Source of the DNA: Candidatus Microgenomates bacterium
Lineage (GTDB): Bacteria; Patescibacteriota; Microgenomatia; UBA1406; HO2-37-13b
Direction: 5' to 3'
Assembly: GCA_025449735.1 (NCBI GenBank)
Contig: JANWIV010000001.1
Span: 12,654 to 76,653 of the forward strand
DNA: 64,000 bases
Positions 45,403 to 54,373 of the stretch are shown here, one piece after another. The stretch's first letter is position 1, and the number at the start of each line of letters is the position of its first letter. Both the position numbers and the translations under genes were made by a program. Below the pieces are notes generated by a model. It was not told the DNA's origin. It ran no database searches and was given only the letters and a program-made list of their open reading frames with translations.

Positions 45403-46590
45403 ATGACAAATATTAAAACAAATTCTCCAAAGCTTGCTAAAAAATTAAACTTTTTCAAATCCGCTGGTTCTTTTGCCATGCTTGTTAAAGCAACCGCCCT
45501 TGAAGCTAAAGGAAAGCGTATTATTCATCTAGAAAGTGGCCAACCAGATTTCCCAACACCCAAGCATATCGTCAGCGCCGCCGTTGACGCCATGCACGAT
45601 GGCAAAACCAAATATACCCCACCATTAGGAATCCTGCCGCTTCGCACCGCTATCGCAAACAACTTGTCAAAAAAGTTCCAAGTCAAAGTAGAGGCAAATA
45701 ATATTGCCATCACCCCTAGTGGCAAGACGGCTATTTTTGCTGCCTTAAGCGCGGTTATTGAACCGGGTGATGAGATTATTTATCCCAATCCTGGTTTCCC
45801 CGTATATGAGACCATGATTCAATACCTGGGCGGCAAACCAATGCCAGTGCCGATTACCTCAAAAAACAATTTTAGTTTCGATATGGAAATCTTTAGAAAA
45901 AAATTCTCAAGTAAAACTAAGCTTATAATTCTCAATTCTCCTAGCAACCCAACTGGCGGCATCATTCCCAAAAGCGATTTGCAGATAATAGCGCGCATGG
46001 TGCGCGACAGCAAATGTTGGGTAATGACTGATGAGATCTATGACAATATCGTCTATGACGATAACTACCAAAGTTTTTATAGTCTGGACCATGTCCGCGA
46101 TCGTACCTTTCTCGTCAATGGCTTTTCCAAAACCTATTCAATGACTGGCTGGAGAATCGGTTATCTGGCGGCTCCCAATGGCATTATGGAAAAAATGGAT
46201 TATTTACTCACTCATATTGTCGGCTGCACTGCGAGCTTTACCCAATATGCCGCCATGACCGCAATTGAGGGATCGATGAGCGAACCAAATCATATGGTCA
46301 AAGAATTTAAAAGAAGGCGCGATTATTTTGTTGGTGCCCTAAACGAAATTCCCGGTATTCACTGTTCATTACCACAAGGCGCCTTTTATGCCTGGCCTAA
46401 TATCAAAAGTTTTAAAAAAAGCTCCTCTTGGATGGCTGACTATCTCTTAAAAGAAGCCGGAGTTGCCACCTTACCGGGGTCTGATTTTGGTAAATGGGGT
46501 GAAGGCTACCTACGTCTTTCCTTTGCCACTAGCATGGAAAACCTGGAGCAAGCGATCAAACTAATCAAAAAGGCCTTAGCCAAAATATAA
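45403..46590 (+). CDS. Class I/II (aspartate-type) PLP aminotransferase
   Basis: LESGQPDFPTP, NSPSNPTG and PLP-lysine motif SKTYSMTGWRIGY. Confidence 0.8.
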   Translation: MTNIKTNSPKLAKKLNFFKSAGSFAMLVKATALEAKGKRIIHLESGQPDFPTPKHIVSAAVDAMHDGKTKYTPPLGILPLRTAIANNLSKKFQVKVEANNIAITPSGKTAIFAALSAVIEPGDEIIYPNPGFPVYETMIQYLGGKPMPVPITSKNNFSFDMEIFRKKFSSKTKLIILNSPSNPTGGIIPKSDLQIIARMVRDSKCWVMTDEIYDNIVYDDNYQSFYSLDHVRDRTFLVNGFSKTYSMTGWRIGYLAAPNGIMEKMDYLLTHIVGCTASFTQYAAMTAIEGSMSEPNHMVKEFKRRRDYFVGALNEIPGIHCSLPQGAFYAWPNIKSFKKSSSWMADYLLKEAGVATLPGSDFGKWGEGYLRLSFATSMENLEQAIKLIKKALAKI

Positions 46591-46613
46591 TACGCTACTT
46601 TCTTGCTCTTTAC

Positions 46614-46874
46614 TTACTTTTTCTTCTCGTATTGAAACTTCAGAAGAATTATTATCATCACCAAAATAAAAATTAGAATATTAGCGACTATAACTGGAAA
46701 AGAATTTGTCATGACGCCATAAGTTGTCCAAATGATATTCCCGGTTCCAAAAAGGGCAAAGGCAGAATAAGAGATATCACGCGTTTGCTTCGTTGAATAA
46801 ACTTTAATTACTTGCGGAAGGAAGGAGACAGTACTAATTATGGAGCCGATATAGCCTACAATTTCCGGATTCAT
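46614..46874 (-). CDS. SemiSWEET / PQ-loop sugar transporter (3-TM unit)
   Basis: 86 aa with three hydrophobic helices and PQ motif in SFLPQVIKVY. Confidence 0.7.
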   Translation of the reverse strand: MNPEIVGYIGSIISTVSFLPQVIKVYSTKQTRDISYSAFALFGTGNIIWTTYGVMTNSFPVIVANILIFILVMIIILLKFQYEKKK

Positions 46875-47044
46875 GGGAAGATTTTACTAAAATTAGTACC
46901 GAAACTCAAACTCAAATAATTTTAATAACAACATCGATTTAGACTGCTAGGACAGGCTATATAGCTATTTAAACCTGTTAGCAGACTTTGGTGTCGTCTG
47001 CTAATGCTTATTTCGAGGATTTAATCGTCACAAGGCTCTACAAC

Positions 47045-47932
47045 CTATAAAGCGTGGGTTAATTCTTTTTTGTCAATTAATTTTAACTGCTTTCCATACC
47101 AATCATACATTTCGCTTATCGCAACAGGCATTGGGGTAAATTGAAGATTTTTTATTTCCCCTTTCAGTCGATTGTTGTTGCCACTATATTCTTTTTTAAA
47201 TCCTGGCTTCATTATTTTAATTTTGAGATTTTTTTGAGATATTTTTACAACCTCTTCGGCAATTGTCCTCAAATCTACTGATCGGCCAGTGCAAATATTG
47301 TAATGATGGTGTTTCAATCGACGAGTCAACATTTTTTCAATGATTGGAGCTAAATCTTTGACATAGAGATAATCAAAACGTACGTTTTGCCCAATTTTTA
47401 TATCCATGTCATAGATAGCCTTACAAATCGACTGGGAAATAAATCTTACTTGCCACCGTTCGCCTGGTCCAAAGCAACCAAAAAGTCGAAGATTATAAAT
47501 ATTATCGCTTTTGCCAGCATATAGAGCGCATATATATTTCGAAAAACCATATGGGTCAACAGGTACATGGGCGTCAAAATATTTCTCGTTCATTTTTGGT
47601 TTGTAATGGTGAGCATCATATTCGGCACCTGACCCAAAATAAAACATCCGTTTGTAAAGGCCTTGACAACGGGCTAAACTGAAAAACATCATCAAGTTAT
47701 TGTGCAAAATCTGTAATTGATTAGAATCTCCATGGCGGGTTGGCACGTCAGCCGCCGCATGGATAACAATATCTGGTTTTACTTTCTTAAGATATTTCTC
47801 AGTGTCTACAGAGTCAAGAAGATTGAGTAATTTTGAATTAGGTGAGTAAACCTGATAATTTCTGTTGATTGAAAAATACTCAACCAAATTACGCCCGACA
47901 AATCCACTTCCTCCGGTAATGAGAATTTTCAT
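47045..47932 (-). CDS. NAD(P)-dependent sugar epimerase/reductase (extended SDR)
   Basis: ILITGGSGFVGRNL and YGFSK Y-x3-K. ATGA-type overlap with the upstream dehydratase. Confidence 0.7.
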   Translation of the reverse strand: MKILITGGSGFVGRNLVEYFSINRNYQVYSPNSKLLNLLDSVDTEKYLKKVKPDIVIHAAADVPTRHGDSNQLQILHNNLMMFFSLARCQGLYKRMFYFGSGAEYDAHHYKPKMNEKYFDAHVPVDPYGFSKYICALYAGKSDNIYNLRLFGCFGPGERWQVRFISQSICKAIYDMDIKIGQNVRFDYLYVKDLAPIIEKMLTRRLKHHHYNICTGRSVDLRTIAEEVVKISQKNLKIKIMKPGFKKEYSGNNNRLKGEIKNLQFTPMPVAISEMYDWYGKQLKLIDKKELTHAL

Positions 47933-48900
47933 GACATCAGTTTCATATGGTAGCCATAGTACCAGCGATTGATTTGAGACAAGGTGTCAGCTACTGAATG
48001 TTTTGGTATCCAGTTAAGTATTCTCTTGGCTTTATTAAAATCAAGGACCTGATAGGGGATTTCGTTTTTGGCAATATCCAGAATTTCAAAATCAATTTTC
48101 TTATTTAAAGATTCCTCAGCCACCTTTATCAGGTTTAATACTGACATATCATCCCGGGAACCAAAATTAAAAGCCTCACCAGAAATTTTCTTAATATTCT
48201 CAGCAAGCATTAGATAGCCCGCTACGACATCCTTGACATAGACATAATCCCTAACGAATTTACCATTACTACGAATCATTAATTTTTGCCCCGAAATCAA
48301 AGCTTCCATAATACCAGGGATAATTCGTGAGAAATTAAGATCCCCCTCGCCATATACATTGCCGAATCGAGCCGTCACTACCGGCAGGCCATAGGTACTA
48401 TGATAGGTTTTGACAATCAGATCAGTTGCTGATTTGGAAACCTCATAAGGATGGTCCCCAGATAGTCGGTCAGTTTCCAAATATTTCTTCTTCTTGGTTT
48501 TGCCATAAGCTTTGTCCGAGGAGGCGACGACGACGGCTTCAATTTTTGGATAAAGCCGAGCGGTCTCCAAGACATTGACCGTCCCCATGATATTTGATGA
48601 TAAGGTGCGTCTCGGATTATAAAAGGCGACATCGACCAAGGGTTGAGCCGCTAAGTGAAAAATGTGAGAAATATCATGCTTGGTGACAACATGCATCAAT
48701 GACTCAAAATCTTCAATATTGATGTTGGACATTATTGTCCTTTTGTCAAGTTCCTTCCCATAAAAATAGGAGTAGGGATTTTGGGTCTGATAGGTCGTTA
48801 CAACTCGAGCTCCAATACTTAACAATTTTTCCACCAGATGACTACCGATAAATCCAGTACCACCGGTAACTAATATGTTCTTAGTATTTAATTTATGCAT
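47929..48900 (-). CDS. NDP-hexose 4,6-dehydratase, CDP-glucose 4,6-dehydratase (RfbG)-like
   Basis: ILVTGGTGFIGSHL, HLAAQPLV, NIMGTVNVLET, SSDKAYG and YEVSK. These blocks resemble RfbG. Confidence 0.6.
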   Translation of the reverse strand: MHKLNTKNILVTGGTGFIGSHLVEKLLSIGARVVTTYQTQNPYSYFYGKELDKRTIMSNINIEDFESLMHVVTKHDISHIFHLAAQPLVDVAFYNPRRTLSSNIMGTVNVLETARLYPKIEAVVVASSDKAYGKTKKKKYLETDRLSGDHPYEVSKSATDLIVKTYHSTYGLPVVTARFGNVYGEGDLNFSRIIPGIMEALISGQKLMIRSNGKFVRDYVYVKDVVAGYLMLAENIKKISGEAFNFGSRDDMSVLNLIKVAEESLNKKIDFEILDIAKNEIPYQVLDFNKAKRILNWIPKHSVADTLSQINRWYYGYHMKLMS

Positions 48901-49020
48901 AATGTTATTTGTATTGATTTTAGATAGTTGGCGATAAAAGTATAAAGGGGTAAGTATAAGGAATAATGGGAGATCCTTTTAAACCCATAATACTTAATAC
49001 TTTCCCCATAATACTTATTT

Positions 49021-49800
49021 TCATTCCCATACCTTCCATGGTGCCTTCTTACTGCTCCACAATTTATTCAGTTCCTCCACTTCCTTATAAGTGTCCATTG
49101 CATACCAAAAACCGTCATGTCGATAAATTGATAGCTGATTTTCCTTGGCCAGTCTTCTTAGCGCCGGATGCTCAGTCTCACCTTCTTTTATATACTTGAA
49201 AAACCGCTTGTCAAAAACCATGTAGCCGCCATTGACATAATCGTCCAAAACCGGCTTTTCAGTAAAATCAACTACTTTGCTGTCTTTACCTACTTTCACC
49301 AGCCCAAATTTGCTTCGTGGATGGACCCCGGTAATGGTGCCTATGGTATGCTGTTTCTTGTGAAACTTTACCAAATCTCGAATATCAAGATCAGTCACTC
49401 CATCACCATAGGTGACCATAAAATATTTATCTCGTGAAGAAATATATTTTTCGCATCTTAATATTCTTTCTCCCGGGGTAGTGTCAAGACCAGTATCGAC
49501 AAAAGTAATTTTTAAATCATCAACTGTCTCTCTATCTTTCAAATAGAATTTGCGTTTATGAGTTTTGGTTTGCAAAGTGAAGTCGCTCGTGAAGGCTTTT
49601 TGATTTAGGAAAAAATCCTTGATATAGTCGGCTTTATAGCCAAGCGCCAAGATGAATTCATTGAAACCGCAATAGGCATATATTTTCATGATGTGCCAGA
49701 TTATCGGCTGGCCGCCTACATAGACCATTGGCTTTGGTTTAAATTCGGTCTCTTCTTTGAGCCTAGTACCGGTGCCGCCACAAAGGATTATTGTTTTCAT
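49021..49800 (-). CDS. rfbF: Glucose-1-phosphate cytidylyltransferase
   Basis: MKTIILCGGTGTRLKEETEFKPKPMVYVGGQPIIWHIMKIY closely matches the RfbF N-terminus. The start is set to ATG 49800 because the track ORF adds 20 unlikely residues. Confidence 0.8.
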   Translation of the reverse strand: MKTIILCGGTGTRLKEETEFKPKPMVYVGGQPIIWHIMKIYAYCGFNEFILALGYKADYIKDFFLNQKAFTSDFTLQTKTHKRKFYLKDRETVDDLKITFVDTGLDTTPGERILRCEKYISSRDKYFMVTYGDGVTDLDIRDLVKFHKKQHTIGTITGVHPRSKFGLVKVGKDSKVVDFTEKPVLDDYVNGGYMVFDKRFFKYIKEGETEHPALRRLAKENQLSIYRHDGFWYAMDTYKEVEELNKLWSSKKAPWKVWE

Positions 49801-49885
49801 GATAATTATGTAATATGTATTATGTAGAATGTAAAACAAGCTTAAACGCTTGGCACTCACACAGGCAAAATATCTTATAAACTCA

Positions 49886-49939
49886 TGTCATTCTGGCCCG
49901 CTTCGCCAAAGCTTCAGCGAGGCGAGCTTGACCAGAATC
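49886..49939. repeat. TGTCAT-type repeat, single unit (family R1)
   Basis: tgtcattctgg cccgcttcgccaaagcttcagcgaggcgagcttga ccagaatc. Confidence 0.65.
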
Positions 49940-50016
49940 TATTTCATTATTACCTATGCGAAGTTCATTGTAGTTTTTTTGCAATAAAATGCAACTGTTC
50001 AAAAGCGCACTTATAC

Positions 50017-50045
50017 TTGCTTTTTATATCACTTGGCGTTAGAAT
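50017..50045 (+). promoter_or_regulatory. TTGCTT-17-TAGAAT promoter, 9 nt upstream of ATG 50055
   Basis: -35-like TTGCTT at 50017-50022 and -10 TAGAAT at 50040-50045. Confidence 0.4.
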
Positions 50046-50054
50046 AAGCTATAT

Positions 50055-50792
50055 ATGACAACTCCAAATAAATTCGCCCTTTTTGATATCGATTACACCT
50101 TAACCCGGGGTGGGGGAACCACCTTTATTGAAGGGCACCGGGTGGCGCTACGTGAAGTTCTTGAGGTTGATTTGCCGGCAGACTTCGACCTGACTCCCCA
50201 TGAGGGCAAAACGGCCGCTGGTTTTTTTGTCGATGTGGCCGAAGAGCTTGGTGTAGAAAGAGAAAAAACTATAAAAAATCTAGGTAGCCTTGAGACTACT
50301 TTGACTAAATTTTGTCTAAAACATGCCGACGAGCTAGGAGTAGTTCCTATGCCTGGAGTTGAGAAATGTCTGGGCGCCATGCAAGAAGAGGGAGTCGGAC
50401 TAGGCATTCTTACTGGTAATTTCAAAGGTATCGCGCACTTAAAATTACGACTCGGTGGTATCGATGATTACTTCAGCTTTGGTGCCTACGGCGATGTCTC
50501 AGAAAACCGAGTTGATTTGGTCACCGCCGCAGAACGAGAAGCAAGTGAAGTCTATGGTACTTTTGTTCGTCGGGACCAATTTTTTATTGTAGGAGACAGT
50601 TGGCGTGATATGCAGTGCGCCCGCGAAGCCGGTATTGGCGCAATTGGTGTTGTCACCGGACCAAACAATGTCGAGGACCTCGATGAAGCTGGAGCTGATT
50701 TGGTAATTCCCACTTTAGAATCATATCGAGCAATTATAAATTTTACCCGAGGACCCGAAAATGCGTACTCCCGAAATGAGAGAAGAAATTGA
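50055..50792 (+). CDS. HAD-superfamily hydrolase
   Basis: Motif I ALFDIDYTLT and motif III VGDSWRDMQCA. GC is higher than in the glycan island. Confidence 0.7.
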   Translation: MTTPNKFALFDIDYTLTRGGGTTFIEGHRVALREVLEVDLPADFDLTPHEGKTAAGFFVDVAEELGVEREKTIKNLGSLETTLTKFCLKHADELGVVPMPGVEKCLGAMQEEGVGLGILTGNFKGIAHLKLRLGGIDDYFSFGAYGDVSENRVDLVTAAEREASEVYGTFVRRDQFFIVGDSWRDMQCAREAGIGAIGVVTGPNNVEDLDEAGADLVIPTLESYRAIINFTRGPENAYSRNERRN

Positions 50793-51402
50793 AACCGCTG
50801 ATTTAAATGTTGTGATTCTGCCAGATGAGGAGACTCGACAAGCATTAATTTCACTAAGTCAAGAATTATCAAAAAAGGTAGATTCGCATTTTATATTAAA
50901 CGAAGCAGAGTTTCGCCCCCACCTATCCCTTTTTCCCAATCAATTTCCAACTCGTAACCGACAGGGAATCGAAAATGCCCTGAAGGCTTTAGGTGAAAGT
51001 TCAGAATCGTTAAATATTCAATTAACAGGTTATTCGCAAATTTCCGGCTACATTTTTATTGACGCCGTAAAAACCGCAGACTTAATCAACTTGCACTCCG
51101 ATGCAGTCTCTGTCTTGAACCCACTTAGAGAAGGCCATATGCCGGCATTGGTTTCACATTTGAAAGGTCTGAATGATTCTCAAAGAGACAACGTGGAGAC
51201 TTATGGAAATCCGATTGTGCTATCTACCTGGGAACCACATGTAACACTTACTCATATTGATGACCTTGAAAGAGCCAAGCAAATTTTAGCCGAACTACCA
51301 CCAATCAACCTAAAATTTAATGCCGCCGCCATGCATCTCTCTCGCTTTGCACGCTGGGGAACCTGTCCGGAGATTCTTGAATCATTTCCACTTCGTAGTT
51401 AG
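50761..51402 (+). CDS. 2H phosphoesterase superfamily protein (LigT/2',5'-RNA-ligase-like)
   Basis: Two H-x-S/T-x motifs: RPHLSLF and EPHVTLTH. The start is uncertain (50761 or 50776). Confidence 0.6.
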   Translation: MRTPEMREEIETADLNVVILPDEETRQALISLSQELSKKVDSHFILNEAEFRPHLSLFPNQFPTRNRQGIENALKALGESSESLNIQLTGYSQISGYIFIDAVKTADLINLHSDAVSVLNPLREGHMPALVSHLKGLNDSQRDNVETYGNPIVLSTWEPHVTLTHIDDLERAKQILAELPPINLKFNAAAMHLSRFARWGTCPEILESFPLRS

Positions 51403-51422
51403 AAAAACTGCTTAGGTTTAGA

Positions 51423-52133
51423 TTATTCTTTTTCCGGCCTTTGATTCCGCCAGCCTTCAATACTAGCATCAACTTCGGGAATTCGGATTCGTCGGCCCTC
51501 GCCAACGATTCTCAGACTCGGATCAAGTGTAAGCAAATGAGCTTCGGCTTTTTCTAAATAGAATAATTCCTTCATCTGCCAATAACCTTCGGGTAGCTCA
51601 CCCTCATCATGACTCATTGCCCAGTGCAACGCGCTCAATTGGTCTCCATGTCCGACAATTCCAATCCTGCTTCCTTTGCGCAAATTAAATGCATATTGCA
51701 TCCGTCTTTGACGAGTTATAATATCGGCAATTGATTCTTGATCTTTAATATAAAAAGATTGTTCTGGTGTCTGAGGGGCAAATGAGTAAATATCGCCATT
51801 CGTTAACCTAATAAATTCTTCCTTTGAGATTCCATCCCAATTCGGAGCATAAACATCACGAAGTATTTTTTGTTCTTGAATATTAATGTTATTTTTCATA
51901 CCTCTGACTAGGGCTGTAGCAGAATCAATCGCCCTTTGGTAATCACTAGAAATAATCATATCAGGAGATATTCCTTCAATTCGTAGAGTTCGACCAAGAG
52001 ACTCCAGTTGACTTCGACCCATTTCTGTCAATTGAGCCGTATCTCCATTGTAGATAAGCTCTGGTCGGGGAGTGCCGGTCTCATCAACATAAACCACATC
52101 CCCATGCCGTATTAAAAGTAATTGTGTATTCAT
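51423..52133 (-). CDS. Histidine phosphatase (phosphoglycerate-mutase family)
   Basis: LLLIRHGD (RHG motif) and second His in GIVGHGDQL. Confidence 0.7.
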   Translation of the reverse strand: MNTQLLLIRHGDVVYVDETGTPRPELIYNGDTAQLTEMGRSQLESLGRTLRIEGISPDMIISSDYQRAIDSATALVRGMKNNINIQEQKILRDVYAPNWDGISKEEFIRLTNGDIYSFAPQTPEQSFYIKDQESIADIITRQRRMQYAFNLRKGSRIGIVGHGDQLSALHWAMSHDEGELPEGYWQMKELFYLEKAEAHLLTLDPSLRIVGEGRRIRIPEVDASIEGWRNQRPEKE

Positions 52134-52147
52134 AAAGTATGATGTTA

Positions 52148-53479
52148 TTATTCCGTAGAGACCCCGGTCTCAGAATTGTAATAAAATTTTCCAAGTATAC
52201 CATCAAAATCATTAAGCGTGCTTTCCCAACGATGATTTTCTCTGTTGTATTCAGCTGAAGATAAAAAGTACCCGCGATCTAGCGCATCTCGACAATGATT
52301 GGCTATAGATTCTCCAGCAGATTTCATTTCAACATAAAACAAATTAAATGCTGCCTCTGTCCACCAATTTCCTTTGGGGAAATCCTTATCGTAACGAATT
52401 AGCTCCGTCCAATTAACTGCCTCCTCGAACTGTCCTGTTTCCCGACGATCCTGAATAGCTGCAAAAACACTTTCACGCGCAAACTCTACATATTGTTCTC
52501 TAATATCGCGCTCCCATGCTGGCATTGGGATTGATTCTTCATTGAAATTTTCGGTGTCAATGCCAAGAGCTTCAAGGTCGGCTTCAGTATTTGCATCAGT
52601 TAACATCAGACCCAAAAACATTCGCAGTGTCAGGCGTTCGGAACCATCACTGGCTCCAAATTCTTTCGCCAAGCGAACTGCTTCTTCAATTCCCATTTTA
52701 ACTTCTTCACCACGGCGCATTGCTTTTCTCTGATCAACGACCTTTTGGATGACTTCTATCGCACCTGTCAAACTCTCTTGTGTTTGGGTACCTGACTCAA
52801 GAAAGTTTCTATTCAAAAAGTCTCCCATTCGGTTGGCAATTGTGTCATATTCCTGACCGGTGCGATGATCAGCCCACATAGCAATTCGATATTCTCCAGA
52901 GTCAAGCATTGCGTAATCAACATTGAAACGATCCAGCTCATGCCCCAGCGCCACGACGATATTAAATGCCCCTTCAGAAACTTGACCGCGAATAAGCCTC
53001 ATTCCTGTAACTTCATTTATTACTCCTTGATTTCGCTCTTCAACGTTAGCGCTTGGCGCATCATTTTTGTACCAACCCGCTTCATCCCATACCCGACGCC
53101 CCGCATGACTCACCAAACCACCATCAAGTAGCGCTTGAATGTCAATATTAGTAGCGGTTCGTTCGTTGACTTGTTGTGCAAAATGAATTGCGGCTCGAGT
53201 CATCATCCATGTATGATTTTGAATACCACTCCATTCCTTACTGTCACGCCAATCAGTTAGCCCCCAGAGCCCAGCACCTTCCTGAACCAAAGAGACTCCT
53301 TCGACTTGTCGACCGCCAGCGGCTTTATCTTCTGGGGTTTTAAAAGAGGTGACAGTTTGTGGTTCAGAGATTTTTCCTCGCAAAACGTCAAAAACTTCTG
53401 GAGAAGGGGAGAGTTCATTAATTGTAGGAATCTCTGATCGGTCTGGGGTCATGTTTGGTCTAACATTTTCTGCAGTCAT
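52148..53479 (-). CDS. Hypothetical protein, weak paralog of 25031-26113 with altered HD-like signature
   Basis: 443 aa. NHTWMMTRAAIHF...LVSHAGRR sits where the paralog has H...HD. AMWADHRTG..DTIANRMGDFL resembles LWYTDAIAAGDTLRTVDGRIDEL. Confidence 0.4.
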   Translation of the reverse strand: MTAENVRPNMTPDRSEIPTINELSPSPEVFDVLRGKISEPQTVTSFKTPEDKAAGGRQVEGVSLVQEGAGLWGLTDWRDSKEWSGIQNHTWMMTRAAIHFAQQVNERTATNIDIQALLDGGLVSHAGRRVWDEAGWYKNDAPSANVEERNQGVINEVTGMRLIRGQVSEGAFNIVVALGHELDRFNVDYAMLDSGEYRIAMWADHRTGQEYDTIANRMGDFLNRNFLESGTQTQESLTGAIEVIQKVVDQRKAMRRGEEVKMGIEEAVRLAKEFGASDGSERLTLRMFLGLMLTDANTEADLEALGIDTENFNEESIPMPAWERDIREQYVEFARESVFAAIQDRRETGQFEEAVNWTELIRYDKDFPKGNWWTEAAFNLFYVEMKSAGESIANHCRDALDRGYFLSSAEYNRENHRWESTLNDFDGILGKFYYNSETGVSTE

Positions 53480-53642
53480 AAAATTATTTAAGAATTAATA
53501 AGTAATGCGGATTATAGCAATAGTCCAAACCAAAAGTCAATATTACAAAGTAATATTTTAATTATCAAACCGTAGTATTATTACTTTTTTGTATTACCAT
53601 AACAATCTAAATGCTATAAATATATTTTTCTCCAACCCTCTT

Positions 53643-53676
53643 CCAACCCTTCGGGTTGAAGTGAGCTTGAACCCTT
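53643..53676. repeat. REP-like repeat family R2, diverged copy
   Basis: ccaacccttcgggttgaagtgagcttgaaccctt, with hairpin caaccc-ttc-gggttg. It shares AACCCTTCGGGTT and GAACCCTT blocks with the copies at 35670 and 54374. Confidence 0.6.
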
Positions 53677-53686
53677 CGTTTTTTAA

Positions 53687-54349
53687 TCAAAAAAGCAAAT
53701 CCTTTATTTCTTTAAGCCTTCGTTGGTAATCAACTTGGTCAAATACAAACTGCTTATATTTTTCAGGTTTCTTAAAATATTCCATGATATCTCTAGTTTC
53801 AATATAGTTGTATTGAAAACCACCAATATAGGTCCCAAAAGAGCTTCTTGGTTCATTAGCTAATTTTTCAATCTCGATTAAATATGAAGTAACGTGATTT
53901 AAATGTATATAACGAGATGTATGAATAAACTGTTCAACTGACTCAATCCGAACCGCCTTGAATGGATGGATAAAAAGACTTCCTTGCCGCTCATTCTTGA
54001 TATTGAAATATTTAGCAAAACTATTTTGAAAGTTTGAGATAAATTGTGAAATTCCACCTGTTTTCAGTTGTTTTAGCAAAAAATGCCAATGATTAGGCAT
54101 AAGTGAAAATGCGTGTATTTCGAGTAGTTGATCTTCAACGCTTCTTTTCCTTAGTATTTCATGCTGAACATCTTGACTTGAGTTCAGAAACGAAGATAAA
54201 CTGAAAGAGTTTGAATAACGATAATAATCCATTATTTCTATTGCTTTTTTCACGTTTCTTTTTCCATCAAAACTTATCTCCCTCCCAACCGTCTTATTAA
54301 ATACATGATAAAATTCCCCATTAGCAAATATTGTTTTTCTACCTAACAT
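53687..54349 (-). CDS. IS200/IS605-type Y1 HUH transposase homolog, REP-associated tyrosine transposase (RAYT)-like
   Basis: GEFYHVFNKTVGRE..F start, HUH motif MPNHWHFLL, GSLF..PFKAV, and catalytic Tyr region SRYIHLNHV. Palindromic repeats flank it on both sides. Confidence 0.75.
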   Translation of the reverse strand: MLGRKTIFANGEFYHVFNKTVGREISFDGKRNVKKAIEIMDYYRYSNSFSLSSFLNSSQDVQHEILRKRSVEDQLLEIHAFSLMPNHWHFLLKQLKTGGISQFISNFQNSFAKYFNIKNERQGSLFIHPFKAVRIESVEQFIHTSRYIHLNHVTSYLIEIEKLANEPRSSFGTYIGGFQYNYIETRDIMEYFKKPEKYKQFVFDQVDYQRRLKEIKDLLF

Positions 54350-54355
54350 ATGAAT

Positions 54356-54364
54356 AATATAGCA
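54356..54364 (-). promoter_or_regulatory. Extended -10 TGcTATATT, 6 nt upstream of the RAYT ATG (54349)
   Basis: Minus-strand reading ttgctatattattcatATG. It directly abuts the REP hairpin at 54374-54424. Confidence 0.4.
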
Positions 54365-54373
54365 AATAAATTA

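Noticed and set aside
45258-45479. 73-aa ORF on the minus strand between the ThDP enzyme and the aminotransferase
   Set aside because: Its sequence is built from the TGTCAT-type palindromic repeat (45306-45380) and the 5' end of the aminotransferase gene, so it is a repeat-generated artefact.
23818-46590. Phosphonate (2-aminoethylphosphonate-type) decoration pathway, suggested by the nucleotidyltransferase, ThDP enzyme and aminotransferase
   Set aside because: No PEP mutase is present. The ThDP enzyme is a full-length three-domain ALS-type protein rather than a short phosphonopyruvate decarboxylase.
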